The notes beneath the pieces were generated by a model. That model did not search any database, was not told the DNA's origin, and was given only the letters and a program-made list of their open reading frames with translations. A stretch of DNA of 63,129 nt, the filler included. It is 5 parts of 5 records of this genome, joined end to end, with 100 filler letters (N's around TTAATTAATTAA, not from the genome) between each part and the next. Parts side by side here need not be neighbours in the genome. Positions count along the whole stretch, not along the records: positions 1 to 19,196 come from SRR31156797_1701; 4 more parts are not named here. One strand, 5' to 3'. The position numbers and the translations under genes are program-made. Below, in pieces: positions 1 through 9,821 of the stretch. Position 1 is the stretch's first letter. Each line of letters starts with the position of its first letter.

Positions 1-160
1 TACCGCAAATGGCCTGCAACAAAGAGTCTGTGCAAAAATCCTCTGCCCCGGAGGGTGATTGTTTTGATTATAGAGTTGAGCCGAAACCCAAAAAAACTCA
101 TGAGGAAATAGGGTTAGCTCATAGTTCCCGCCTTGTACAGAGCTTACAGATACACCGGGG

Positions 161-1693
161 TCAAAGTTCAAATTTTATTCCCTGGGCCAAGGGCATGGTT
201 TTCCCGTAGTTCACGGTAACTGTCTGACGACGCATGTAGGCCTTCCAGGCATCAGATCCAGATTCACGCCCCCCGCCAGTCTCTTTTTCACCACCAAAAG
301 CACCGCCAATCTCGGCACCAGAAGTACCAATATTGACATTGGCTAGGCCACAGTCAGACCCAGCAGCAGAAAGAAACTGTTCTGCCTCACGCAGATCATT
401 GGTAAAGATAGCTGACGAGAGCCCTTGCCTAACGTTATTTTGCAATTCAATGGCCATGTCAACATCACCAGTATACTTTATCAGATACAGTATGGGGGCA
501 AAGGTTTCCTCCTGGACAAGAGGCAGCTCTGCTTTTGCCTCCACCAAGGTTGGCATAACGTAACAACCTGAGGCATAACCTTTGCCAGTGAGGACCTTAC
601 CTCCAAAGAGAATTTTACCCCCCTGCTCCTGGAGAGTCTTAATAGCCAAGCTAAAATCGCTAACTGCTTGCTGGTTTACCAGGGGGCCGACATGATTACT
701 GGAATCTAGCGGATTACCGATCCGCAGGCTGCCGTAAGCTTTGACCAATGCTTTTTTCACCTGCTTATACAAGGAACGGTGAACAAAAAGTCGCCGGGTT
801 GTGGTGCAGCGCTGCCCGGCAGTGCCTACAGCGCCGAAGACTACTGCTGGGATTGCCAACTTAAGATCGGCCTCAGGCGTAATAATGATTGCATTGTTGC
901 CGCCAAGCTCAAGAATGGATTTCCCCAGTCTGCCTGCTACGACACTGGCAGCATGGCACCCTGTGGCAACTGAACCGGTAAACGAAATGAGATGTAAGCG
1001 GGGATCGGCAAGCATCTTTTCTCCGATGGTACTACCGCTGCCTATAAGCAGCGAAAAGACACCTTCTGGAAGATCATTCTTTAGCAAGACCCTGCTGATG
1101 ATGTGTTGTACAGCAATGGCAATTAAGGGAACCTGCGAAGAAGGCTTCCAGATAGTGACATTACCACATACTGCTGCAATCATAGCGTTCCACGCCCAGA
1201 CAGCCACTGGAAAATTGAACGCTGTTAACACACCCACAAGCCCCAAGGGATGATACTGGTCATACAGTCTGTGCTGCGGCCTTTCCGAATGCATGGAGAA
1301 CCCATAGAGCATCCGAGATTGCCCTACCGCAAAATCACAGATATCTATCATCTCTTGCACTTCTCCGTATCCTTCCTCCAGGGATTTGCCCATTTCACTG
1401 GAAACCAGCCTGCCCAAAGCCTGCTTATGCTGACGCAGTTCGAGCCCTATCTGACGGACGATTTCGCCCCGTTGCGGTGCGGGCATTTGTCTCCACTTTG
1501 AAAATCCATCCTGGGCCCGAACGATAATCTGTTCATATTCTTTCTTTCCAGCCCGATTAACCATGCCTAGTTTCTTTCCGTCAATGGGCGAATGTACCTC
1601 AAGCCAGTCATCACTGGCCGGGACAATCCATGTGGTTCCATTTGACACCCCACTGTTTCTTTTCTTTATCCCCAGCTCCTTCATAAAATCCAT
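161..1693 (-). CDS. Aldehyde dehydrogenase family 7 (antiquitin / piperideine-6-carboxylate dehydrogenase-like)
   Basis: 510 aa; AFNFPVAVWAWN, FTGS, LELGGNNA, catalytic GTAGQRCTT, EETFAPILY, SGAEIGGAFGGEKETGGGRESGSDAWK, all typical of ALDH7. Confidence 0.93.
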   Translation of the reverse strand: MDFMKELGIKKRNSGVSNGTTWIVPASDDWLEVHSPIDGKKLGMVNRAGKKEYEQIIVRAQDGFSKWRQMPAPQRGEIVRQIGLELRQHKQALGRLVSSEMGKSLEEGYGEVQEMIDICDFAVGQSRMLYGFSMHSERPQHRLYDQYHPLGLVGVLTAFNFPVAVWAWNAMIAAVCGNVTIWKPSSQVPLIAIAVQHIISRVLLKNDLPEGVFSLLIGSGSTIGEKMLADPRLHLISFTGSVATGCHAASVVAGRLGKSILELGGNNAIIITPEADLKLAIPAVVFGAVGTAGQRCTTTRRLFVHRSLYKQVKKALVKAYGSLRIGNPLDSSNHVGPLVNQQAVSDFSLAIKTLQEQGGKILFGGKVLTGKGYASGCYVMPTLVEAKAELPLVQEETFAPILYLIKYTGDVDMAIELQNNVRQGLSSAIFTNDLREAEQFLSAAGSDCGLANVNIGTSGAEIGGAFGGEKETGGGRESGSDAWKAYMRRQTVTVNYGKTMPLAQGIKFEL

Positions 1694-1989
1694 GGTCGCT
1701 CCTATGCTTATACACTCAGCTATATAATGCTGCTTTCACCCATAATGAAAAAGATTGTTGCCGAGATTTACAAGAAAGAAAGGCAAGCCTGCTGTCTGTC
1801 CAAAAAGAGCAGACTTACTTATTAAATAATGTGCATCTCACACAGGACAGTCAACACAGGGAGGCTTAGTTTTCAGTGGCATTTCGCGGAGTAGCTAAAA
1901 ATATTGCACGTAAATACCACACGCTTGGACGAGATATGAAAAAACATGCGGAAAAATGCCAATAGAGACAAGACATCATAGAACAGTGA

Positions 1990-2258
1990 CCAAAATGATT
2001 ACCCAACATGTTTTTTCTTCAGGTTCTGATACTTGTTGAATACACGAGTCGCCGTGCGCCCCATGGCCCTCCCCATGTAGTCCGAAATGGACAACTTGGG
2101 AGGAACCAGCACCACAAGGAGCACGAGGTCGCCTTCTGCTTGCTAAGGTGGCGTATGCAAATGCCAACTTCAAGTAGCCTCAACCGATACTTTGGTATTC
2201 AAGGTAGATGGTATTGGCAATGCTAGATGGTATGTGATAACTATTGAAATGGGCTCAT
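1990..2258 (-). pseudogene. tnpA: Decayed IS200-family TnpA (Y1 HUH transposase) remnant
   Basis: Manual minus-strand translation from ATG at 2258: MSPFQ*LSHTI*HCQYHLP*IPKYRLRLLE...; after a frameshift DLVLLVVLVPPKLSISDYMGRAMGRTATRVFNKYQNLKKK.../GNHF/W. Follows the IS200 TnpA pattern (LSHTIWHCQYHIVWxPKYR ... DHVH ... PPKLSIS ... WGNHFW) with 3 stops, frameshifts and a lost HUH motif. Confidence 0.85.
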
Positions 2259-2340
2259 AATATGCTTTTGATGCATATTGGGGAGACAACACTTCATGGA
2301 ACCTATTATCAGCCTTTACTGTTCAGCGAGCAGAGCCATT

Positions 2341-2368
2341 AAACCCTGCCCCCTAAGGGACGGGGTTT
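2341..2368. mobile_element. IS200/IS605-type subterminal hairpin, probable left end of the decayed element
   Basis: AAACCCTGCCCC-CTAA-GGGACGGGGTTT imperfect GC-rich hairpin about 80 nt upstream of the tnpA remnant start. Confidence 0.6.
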
Positions 2369-2402
2369 CCACAACGGACTCAAACTAAAGGAGAAAGCGA
2401 CG

Positions 2403-3359
2403 ATGAAGAGTGAGCAAGAAAAAATACGGATCGGAGTAAGCTCCTGTCTGCTGGGTAACGAAGTCCGCTATAACGGTGGGCATCAGCGGGACCGATATAT
2501 AACCGACATCCTGTCCCACTATTTCGAATTTGTCCCTGTTTGTCCGGAAGTAGAATGTGGTTTGCCAGTGCCGCGCGAGTCCATGCGGCTCGTCGGTGAT
2601 CCAGAATCCCCTCGCTTGCTTACCAGTAAAACAGGTATTGACCACACAGAACGAATGCTGACATGGGCGGCAAAACGTGTTCGAGAGCTAGAATCGGAGG
2701 GGCTGTGTGGATTTATCTTTAAGAGTAAATCACCCTCTTCAGGTATGGAACGAGTGAAGGTTTATGGAAAAAACAACAGTCCCCGCTCAGTAGGGGTTGG
2801 TATGTTTGCCAGGGCCTTTAAAAACCACTTCCCGTTACTGCCCATTGAAGAGGACGGGCGTCTCCATGATATGCTCCTCCGTGAAAATTTCATAGAATCT
2901 GTGTTTGTCTACCGTCGATGGCGGAATATTCTTGCCGCCCCTACCCCCGGTAATCTCGTCAGCTTTCATACTAAGCATAAAATGCTCCTTCGCGCCCACA
3001 GCGAAAAACATTACAGAGAACTCGGACGAGTGGTCGCCCAGGCAGGCAGCTTGGACACGGAGTCTCTCTTTGCCACCTATCAGGAACCCCTAATGGCAGC
3101 AATGAAACTCAAACCAACGGTAAAAAAACATGTAAACGTCCTGCACCATATGGTGGGACACTTCAAGAAACTGCTCACCCCAGACGAAAAGCAGGAAATC
3201 CTTGAAGTTATAGACAATTTCAAGGAGCACCACGTACCCCTCATTGTGCCGATAACACTATTAAATCACTATGTAAGGAAATACAACGAAGAGTATTTGC
3301 AGCAGCAGTACTACCTGTCTCCTCACCCCATTGAACTGAGACTCCGTAACCATGCCTGA
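2403..3359 (+). CDS. DUF523 (2-thiouracil desulfurase-like) + DUF1722 YbgA-family protein
   Basis: IGVSSCLLGNEVRYNGGH, PVCPEVECGLPVPRE, KSKSPSSG, EEDGRL, FHTKHK, C-terminal YLSPHP; SD GGAG upstream. Confidence 0.9.
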   Translation: MKSEQEKIRIGVSSCLLGNEVRYNGGHQRDRYITDILSHYFEFVPVCPEVECGLPVPRESMRLVGDPESPRLLTSKTGIDHTERMLTWAAKRVRELESEGLCGFIFKSKSPSSGMERVKVYGKNNSPRSVGVGMFARAFKNHFPLLPIEEDGRLHDMLLRENFIESVFVYRRWRNILAAPTPGNLVSFHTKHKMLLRAHSEKHYRELGRVVAQAGSLDTESLFATYQEPLMAAMKLKPTVKKHVNVLHHMVGHFKKLLTPDEKQEILEVIDNFKEHHVPLIVPITLLNHYVRKYNEEYLQQQYYLSPHPIELRLRNHA

Positions 3360-3566
3360 GCCTACGTCCATCAAAAAATTACTTGTCAGCGGGCAACCGG
3401 TTATATCGACAGGTGGCCTGCTCGGCGATTGCTGTCTTCTGCACAATACGACATACGCATTTTGCGTCCGCAAATGACGGGTTGGCGATGCGCTTGATTT
3501 CGGGAAGGTCGCCAATATGGTGGAGACGGTATCACACAAAATTCTTAAATGGGCATAAACGAGTCG

Positions 3567-4523
3567 TTATACTTTACGCTGCAAGTACCCCTTGACGACC
3601 CCTTTCGCCTCGTGGGTGGGAAGAGCCAATATATCAAAATACAGTTTCCTGCAGTCGTCCAATGAGAGTGTGTTGACAATTTTGATGACCCTGCACTCGT
3701 CACGAACATGTGGAAATGATTGGTCATCGTCATCAACTTCTTCTTTTTGGATGATTTTTGCGTAAATCAATGATTGAGCACACAGCAGATTCTCTTGTAT
3801 CATGCTCAGCGGTGTTCCAAAAATATAGGCAAATGTGAGTTCATCTCCTGGACTGAGAAGAGTGCTCTTGAGTCCCATTTGAGCAGCAATTTCTTGTTCA
3901 ATCCGACGAACTTCGAGTACCCAACCATGAGGAAGATGCCGGTTGAGTAAACTGTATAAATATTGATGCATAGTGCCGGCTTCGACAAAAGTATCGCAGC
4001 TCCTTTTCAATGCCCCTAAAATTGCATCGGCTCGCAGCGCATCCCGCAATCTGAAGCGCTGCGCATCGGCTCTGGCAAAGGCCTGCATGGCCTGAAGCAG
4101 ACTGTCGAAATCGTCAGCTCGTGAAGCCTTATAATATGCAATCAATCCTCCAGTTGCATTGCGCTCTGCAATGTACACATCATAGAGAATGGTATTTCTT
4201 TCAAGTTCTTCCGGAGCATGTCCTTCTGCAAAAAAAGAGTGTATCTGCACCAGATAAGCCATGAAGGGTTCAAGCTGTACTATATCCTTCCCTTGTACCA
4301 TCATCGTTTGCAGCATTCTGTAGTATTGACGGGTAAAAAGGGGGTACTCCAGATCAAGCTCCAGCAGTAGGTCATCGATGGCAAAATCACCCAGCAGCAT
4401 ATCCTGAAATTTATCATGGGGAGGTTCTTCCAAAAGAACTACATCATGCTGCTCCATAACAGCAGACACCACTGCCAAGGTTTCCGGTCGATGATTAGAG
4501 TAGCAAAGAGTGAAAATATTCAT
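3567..4523 (-). CDS. Hypothetical protein (318 aa), possible TraB/ChaN/EreA-like alpha/beta fold
   Basis: Long ORF; likely start is ATG at 4523 (MNIFTLCYSNHRPE) rather than 4784; motifs HDVVLLEEP and FVEAGTMH; fold is inference. Confidence 0.65.
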   Translation of the reverse strand: MNIFTLCYSNHRPETLAVVSAVMEQHDVVLLEEPPHDKFQDMLLGDFAIDDLLLELDLEYPLFTRQYYRMLQTMMVQGKDIVQLEPFMAYLVQIHSFFAEGHAPEELERNTILYDVYIAERNATGGLIAYYKASRADDFDSLLQAMQAFARADAQRFRLRDALRADAILGALKRSCDTFVEAGTMHQYLYSLLNRHLPHGWVLEVRRIEQEIAAQMGLKSTLLSPGDELTFAYIFGTPLSMIQENLLCAQSLIYAKIIQKEEVDDDDQSFPHVRDECRVIKIVNTLSLDDCRKLYFDILALPTHEAKGVVKGYLQRKV

Positions 4524-5293
4524 ACTAATAGTTACGAGGATGTAAGGGTCTGACAAGTACAGAGAAGATTGATGCAATGTACCCCAGAGTTTATTCCATA
4601 GAGTATAATTAAGGATTTGTGTATGACAATACCCATAGCGTCCCCAGAGCACTCTCGCCTTGAGAATAATAATAGCCGATACCCGCTTATGGCTACTGGG
4701 GAGCCTTCTCTGCCTGCTGTACAATGCACGGACAGTTTTATTCACAAGAACAATTACGGCAGGGGCAAGACGATCTCTGAACATTCGCTACCGTGCACCA
4801 TTACGAAGTTTGAGCGGTTCCATTTCCGAACTGACATATTGGCAGAGTGACGGGCACTCGTTAACCTTGGCCACGTGCTCTAGCTCCCCCTGTTTGACTC
4901 CTTACAGGTATCAAATATCTCTTCATCTCAGTAAGAAGACTACATATGGTCAGCATCACCATGCTCTGTATGCCAGCTGCAAATCAATAGATTCAAAATT
5001 AAAATAAATATTACAAGAATCTATTTCGATAGAGAGCAATTCTGCTCCGACTCTTCGCCTTTACATGTATACCCTTAATATAACTGACTATCTATTTTAA
5101 ATTTACGACAAGGGCAGCGAAAAAAATACCGAAGATACAACTATAGGGGGAAGGCTAACTGTGCAGGAATAACGTGTGGGGATATCCCAGCACGTGCCCT
5201 TCCTCAAGTGCCTGAGGATGCCTATAGTACAATCTACTATCGCTGATTGGCGCCCACGCTTAAAAGCAGACAAAAACTGCCTATACAGACCGC

Positions 5294-7150
5294 ATGTGCA
5301 ACAGTGAAATAAAACGTACACTTTTTTTACGGTGCAACACATACCATATGTCACTCTTATCACCACAACACAGCCGCAACGCTCACCCTTTAGACAAGAA
5401 ACTATGCCAATCTAACGTGCCAGCGACCAAACTACCCCGTAAAATTGACAGAAAACGGTACCGAATTGTACGTAATTTTTTCATCAGAAATTTTGTCCAT
5501 TTCCTCTTTTGGGACATCCTCCTGAATCGACCATGGTTACAATGGCTCCGTCCCGCTCCCGCTCAACGCTGGAAAAAAATCAGCAGAGATTACCGTAAGC
5601 TTGCTGTTAGAATGGGTGGAGTACTCATTAAGCTAGGACAATTTCTCAGCGTGCGGGTGGATATTTTGCCACGCGAGGTAACCACCGAACTTTCTGGCCT
5701 TCGAGATGAAATTCCGGCCGAACCTATTGATGCCATTATTGCTCAAATCGAAGAAGACTTTGGTGCACCGGTAAGTGAAATGTTTGCCTGGATCTCAACC
5801 GAACCACTGGGAGCGGCCTCGCTTGGGCAAGCACATCAAGCCCGCCTCAAAGAGGACAATTCAGAAGTCGTCATAAAAGTGTTGCGTCCTGGTATCAGCA
5901 TCCTTGTTGAGACTGATCTGGCTGCCATCAAAAAGGCTTTGGGCTGGCTCAAACCCTACAAACAAGTGAGCAAACGGGTGGATCTTGACTGGCTAATGAC
6001 AGAGTTCACCACTGTCACACTGGCAGAACTTGATTTTACGACCGAGGGCAAAAACGCGGAACGCTTTGCCAATGATTTTGCTGATGACTCTTCCGTGTAT
6101 GTCCCCGCAGTCTACTGGGCCTACAGCGCACCCCGCACCCTCACCCAGGAAAACGTCAGCTATATCAAAATTTCAGATATAAAGAGCATTGCAGCGGTGG
6201 GAATAAACCCCACAGCTGTAGCGAAAAAACTGTACACTCTTTATTTACGCCAGGTTTTTGAAACCCATTTTGTTCATGCCGACCCCCATCCAGGAAATAT
6301 GTTCATCAAGCCTTTGCCCACAGAAGAAGAATGCGAGAGCGGCACAGCCGATTTTACCCCGCAGGACGATGTTCCCTATCATGCGGGCCGTTCTTTCCAG
6401 ATTGTTTTTGTCGATTTTGGCATGGTCACTGAAGTTCCAGAACGACTGCGCCTGGCCCTTCGTGAATATGTTGTCGGCGTGGGGACACGTGACGCTTACC
6501 GTATCGTCCAGTCATACGTCAAGGCAGGCACACTCTTACCAGGTGCCGACACCAAACGGCTAGAAGAGGTCCACGAAGCCCTGCTAGAGCAGTTTTGGGG
6601 AGCGAATGTCAGTCAGATGAAAGGGGTGGTAATGGCCGAGGCAAGCACCTTGATGCGAGAGTACCGTGATATTATCTATGCTGCCCCTTTCCAGCTCCAG
6701 GCCGACATGTTGTTTACCGTACGGGCCATGGCAATTCTTTCCGGGGTTGCCACCCAGCTCAACCATGAATTTGACCCATGGGAGGAAATCATTCCATTTG
6801 CTGACAGACTTGCAGCAAATGAATTTGGGCTTAACTGGCAGCAATGGCTTAAGGAAATCATAGCACTAGCCCAAGTCGTCTACAAACTTCCCAAAAACAT
6901 GGAGAATGTTCTAATCCAGGCCCAACGAGGGAAACTCAGAATACAAACCACGTTTGCCCCGGAAAGTAGAAAAGTTCTGGTGCGGCTCGAGAAATCGGTC
7001 AACCGACTGTCCTGGATGGTGGTGGCCGTTGCCCTATTTGCTGTCGGCATGAGGATTCAAACCAGCGGCGAAAAGGGCATTCTAGCCCCCCTTCTTTTGG
7101 GTCTAGCTCTATTAAGTTTTATATGGGGGGTGTGGAGCAACAGACGTTAG
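5294..7150 (+). CDS. ABC1/AarF/UbiB-family atypical kinase with C-terminal membrane helices
   Basis: GGVLIKLGQFLS, LGAASLGQAHQA, VVIKVLRP, ELDFTTEG, HADPHPGN, VDFGM; start codon uncertain (may be downstream). Confidence 0.9.
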   Translation: MCNSEIKRTLFLRCNTYHMSLLSPQHSRNAHPLDKKLCQSNVPATKLPRKIDRKRYRIVRNFFIRNFVHFLFWDILLNRPWLQWLRPAPAQRWKKISRDYRKLAVRMGGVLIKLGQFLSVRVDILPREVTTELSGLRDEIPAEPIDAIIAQIEEDFGAPVSEMFAWISTEPLGAASLGQAHQARLKEDNSEVVIKVLRPGISILVETDLAAIKKALGWLKPYKQVSKRVDLDWLMTEFTTVTLAELDFTTEGKNAERFANDFADDSSVYVPAVYWAYSAPRTLTQENVSYIKISDIKSIAAVGINPTAVAKKLYTLYLRQVFETHFVHADPHPGNMFIKPLPTEEECESGTADFTPQDDVPYHAGRSFQIVFVDFGMVTEVPERLRLALREYVVGVGTRDAYRIVQSYVKAGTLLPGADTKRLEEVHEALLEQFWGANVSQMKGVVMAEASTLMREYRDIIYAAPFQLQADMLFTVRAMAILSGVATQLNHEFDPWEEIIPFADRLAANEFGLNWQQWLKEIIALAQVVYKLPKNMENVLIQAQRGKLRIQTTFAPESRKVLVRLEKSVNRLSWMVVAVALFAVGMRIQTSGEKGILAPLLLGLALLSFIWGVWSNRR

Positions 7151-7201
7151 CCTGAAATTTACATGACCATTTATCAAATTTTAATAAAGGGAAGGTAGTT
7201 T

Positions 7202-7756
7202 ATGAATTACTGCCCAGGATGCGGCCATAAAGTGATCATGCAAATGGTTGCAGGGGACGATCGTCTCCGGTTTGTATGCGACAACTGCGGTACAATCCAT
7301 TATCAAAATCCCAAAATGGTGGTGGGAGCCATCCCCGAAGTAAACGGAAAAATTCTCTTTTGCCGTCGTGCAATTGAACCACGGAAAAACACCTGGACAC
7401 TTCCTGCGGGATATCTGGAAAACGGCGAAACAGCCTCACAGGGCGCTCAACGTGAAGCAATGGAGGAGGCCTATGCAGAACTGGACAATGTAAAGCCATA
7501 CGCCATGCTCAATATCACGGCAATCAATCAGATCTATGTGATTTTTAGAGCCCGATTGATTAACACAGACTTCCGCGCAGGCGATGAAAGCCTTGAGGTA
7601 AAACTCTTTGAGCCAGATAACATCCCTTGGGATGAGCTGGCGTTTCCGGTTATCGTTGATGTCCTGCGACTCTATTGCCAGGACCTGCAGCTGGGAGTCT
7701 TCCCATTTCGTGAACTGGAAACAATCGGCAGAATGTCAACACCCCAGCAAAAGTAA
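7202..7756 (+). CDS. Nudix hydrolase with N-terminal zinc ribbon
   Basis: YCPGCG...CDNCGTIHYQNPK and Nudix box PAGYLENGETASQGAQREAMEEA. Confidence 0.92.
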   Translation: MNYCPGCGHKVIMQMVAGDDRLRFVCDNCGTIHYQNPKMVVGAIPEVNGKILFCRRAIEPRKNTWTLPAGYLENGETASQGAQREAMEEAYAELDNVKPYAMLNITAINQIYVIFRARLINTDFRAGDESLEVKLFEPDNIPWDELAFPVIVDVLRLYCQDLQLGVFPFRELETIGRMSTPQQK

Positions 7757-8249
7757 CGAAAACGCTGCAGCTAAATTGGACAATGAAATCCCCTGTGACG
7801 AACGCGTCTGTTTCTTCGTTCTTTGCTGCTTACAATCGTTTATCTGATTACTTACAAAGCTCAGCCACGGTTATGAGCCTTTGCGGAAAGAGCGACACCC
7901 AGAGTGCCACATAGACGAACCTGGGTATCAACTCCCCATTGATTATGGATAGCTGTCATATAGCAACATGCCAGGATATGGAATTCCATTACACCGGCAT
8001 ACTGCGCCTATTTCGCGTCCCCTTACACAAGGGCAGCCTACAGAATATTGCGCAGGTATGAGGAATATATTTTTACCGCACTTCTGCAGGAATCGCTCGA
8101 AAACGATATTTCCAACAATTTTTTATTTATTTCCGCACCATTGAATTCTTATTTTTTCATGTTTAATGTCTAGATAACTATATAAAAAATTAGCAAAAAG
8201 ACATCTTGGCTGGATACAATTCACATAGCTGCAACACAGGGAGCAACCA

Positions 8250-9185
8250 GTGAAACGATTTAAGAATATTCTCTACGTAATCGATGCAGATACTGCTGAA
8301 CAGGAAGACATGGTTGCTGAAAAAGTACAAACACTGGCACGCCGCAACAGTGCCAAAGTATGTATTGTCAATATATCATCAGAATCGGTTTTCAGCCTTT
8401 TGGGTAAGTCTTTTTCAAGCCATATAGAAAAACTGATTAGCATTGAAAACAACTATTTTGCACAAAACAGGGAACGCATTGCCAGCCATGAAAGATGGGC
8501 AGGTATTGAAACATCAGCTGAGCTGCTGTCCGGAAAAGATTTTATCACTATCATCCAAAAAGTGATACGAGATGGTCATGATTTAGTTATTAAAGGGAGA
8601 AGGCAGAGTGAAAATCCAGATCATTTTGCTATGCGTCTTTTCCGCAAATGTCCTTGCCCTGTATGGATCATCAATCCAACCCAACGCCAAGAATCAAAAA
8701 AGATTGTAGGTGCTATCGATATAAGTACTGGCCAGAATGATGGGCACCTGCTCAACAAAAAAATCATCGAATTAACCAATTCTCTAGCACTGCGTGAATC
8801 AGGAGAAGCACATTATCTGCACGCATGGCAGCTGCCCCATGAAGTCATGCTGCGTGGCCCCCGTTTTAACGTAAGCATAGAAGAATTGGATTCCATGAAA
8901 AAAGAAGTCTTTGACGCCAGAAGTATTGCAATGATTTCGGCAATAGAGGCCTGCGGTATATCTGTATCTAAACACCAAATCCATTTGATAGAAGGAGAAA
9001 CAAGCACGGTGATTCAGGACACCCTTAAGGAATTGAGTGTAGACATATTGGTCATGGGAACAGTTTCCAGGTCAGGACTCCAAGGGCTTCTGATAGGGAA
9101 CAGGGCAGAGGAAACACTCTCAAAAGTTAACTGTACGGTACTCGCTGTAAAACCAGATGACTTTGTCTCACCGGTAAAAGCTTAG
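8250..9185 (+). CDS. Tandem-domain universal stress protein (UspE-like)
   Basis: KRFKNILYV, HDLVIKG, RLFRKCPCPVWI, DILVMGTVSRSGLQGLLIGNRAEETL, VLAVKPDDFVSPV. Confidence 0.9.
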   Translation: MKRFKNILYVIDADTAEQEDMVAEKVQTLARRNSAKVCIVNISSESVFSLLGKSFSSHIEKLISIENNYFAQNRERIASHERWAGIETSAELLSGKDFITIIQKVIRDGHDLVIKGRRQSENPDHFAMRLFRKCPCPVWIINPTQRQESKKIVGAIDISTGQNDGHLLNKKIIELTNSLALRESGEAHYLHAWQLPHEVMLRGPRFNVSIEELDSMKKEVFDARSIAMISAIEACGISVSKHQIHLIEGETSTVIQDTLKELSVDILVMGTVSRSGLQGLLIGNRAEETLSKVNCTVLAVKPDDFVSPVKA

Positions 9186-9192
9186 AGGTAGT

Positions 9193-9636
9193 ATGCAAAA
9201 ATTGACAAAAACAGATGATCCTTTTCTGTGGGGCTTAAAAAAAATAATTCATTATTGTCTCAAAGCGCTTAGCCTGCTCATGGTCATCGTTATTATTTTT
9301 GGAGTACTCGACGTTGGCTGGACACTCTACAAACGAATTATAGCTCCACCAAGTTTTGTTTTGACAATTGGTGATATCTTAGCAACGTTTGGTGCGTTTA
9401 TGGTGGTTCTTATAGCCATTGAAATCTTTCAAAATATTATCATGTACCTGAGAGATAATGTAATCCATGTCAAGATTGTCTTATCAACAGCGCTAATGGC
9501 CATAGCCAGGAAAGTTATTATTCTCGATTATGATGAATTAGGACCTCAATACATCTTAGGCACAGGCGTTGTACTGCTTGCAACAGGTATAACATATTAT
9601 TTCGTCCATAAGCTCTCCGATCAAACCCAGGACTAA
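9193..9636 (+). CDS. Phosphate-starvation-inducible PsiE-family membrane protein
   Basis: 4 hydrophobic helices; VLIAIEIFQNI, ALMAIARKVIILD. Confidence 0.85.
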   Translation: MQKLTKTDDPFLWGLKKIIHYCLKALSLLMVIVIIFGVLDVGWTLYKRIIAPPSFVLTIGDILATFGAFMVVLIAIEIFQNIIMYLRDNVIHVKIVLSTALMAIARKVIILDYDELGPQYILGTGVVLLATGITYYFVHKLSDQTQD

Positions 9637-9821
9637 AAGTAGGTTTCACGACATCTCTGGTTTATCACCGCCAGAAGGTGAATATAATGTTTGAAACCAA
9701 TGGTAAACACGCTTCAGAACAGTGTTGAGCAAGAAGCCTTTTCACACAATCGTGAAAAGGCTTTGTTTTATACAGCCCCTCATCTGCAGACGACATGGCA
9801 CTGCAAATCAAAAGACATCTG

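Noticed and set aside
333-1501. Several plus-strand ORFs of 60-150 aa, and similar short ORFs throughout the window
   Set aside because: Antisense or out-of-frame shadows of well-supported genes, with no motifs
1976-2226. Short ORFs 1976-2173(-) and 2008-2226(+) and local GC hairpins as a riboswitch
   Set aside because: Better explained as alternative frames of the decayed IS200 tnpA; no riboswitch consensus recognised
4524-5293. Long intergenic region with overlapping 65-115 aa ORFs
   Set aside because: No SD, motif or convincing structure found; cannot support a gene
7998-8060. Imperfect hairpin CATACTGCGC...GCGCAGGTATG upstream of the usp gene
   Set aside because: Short arms with an irregular interior; compatible with chance
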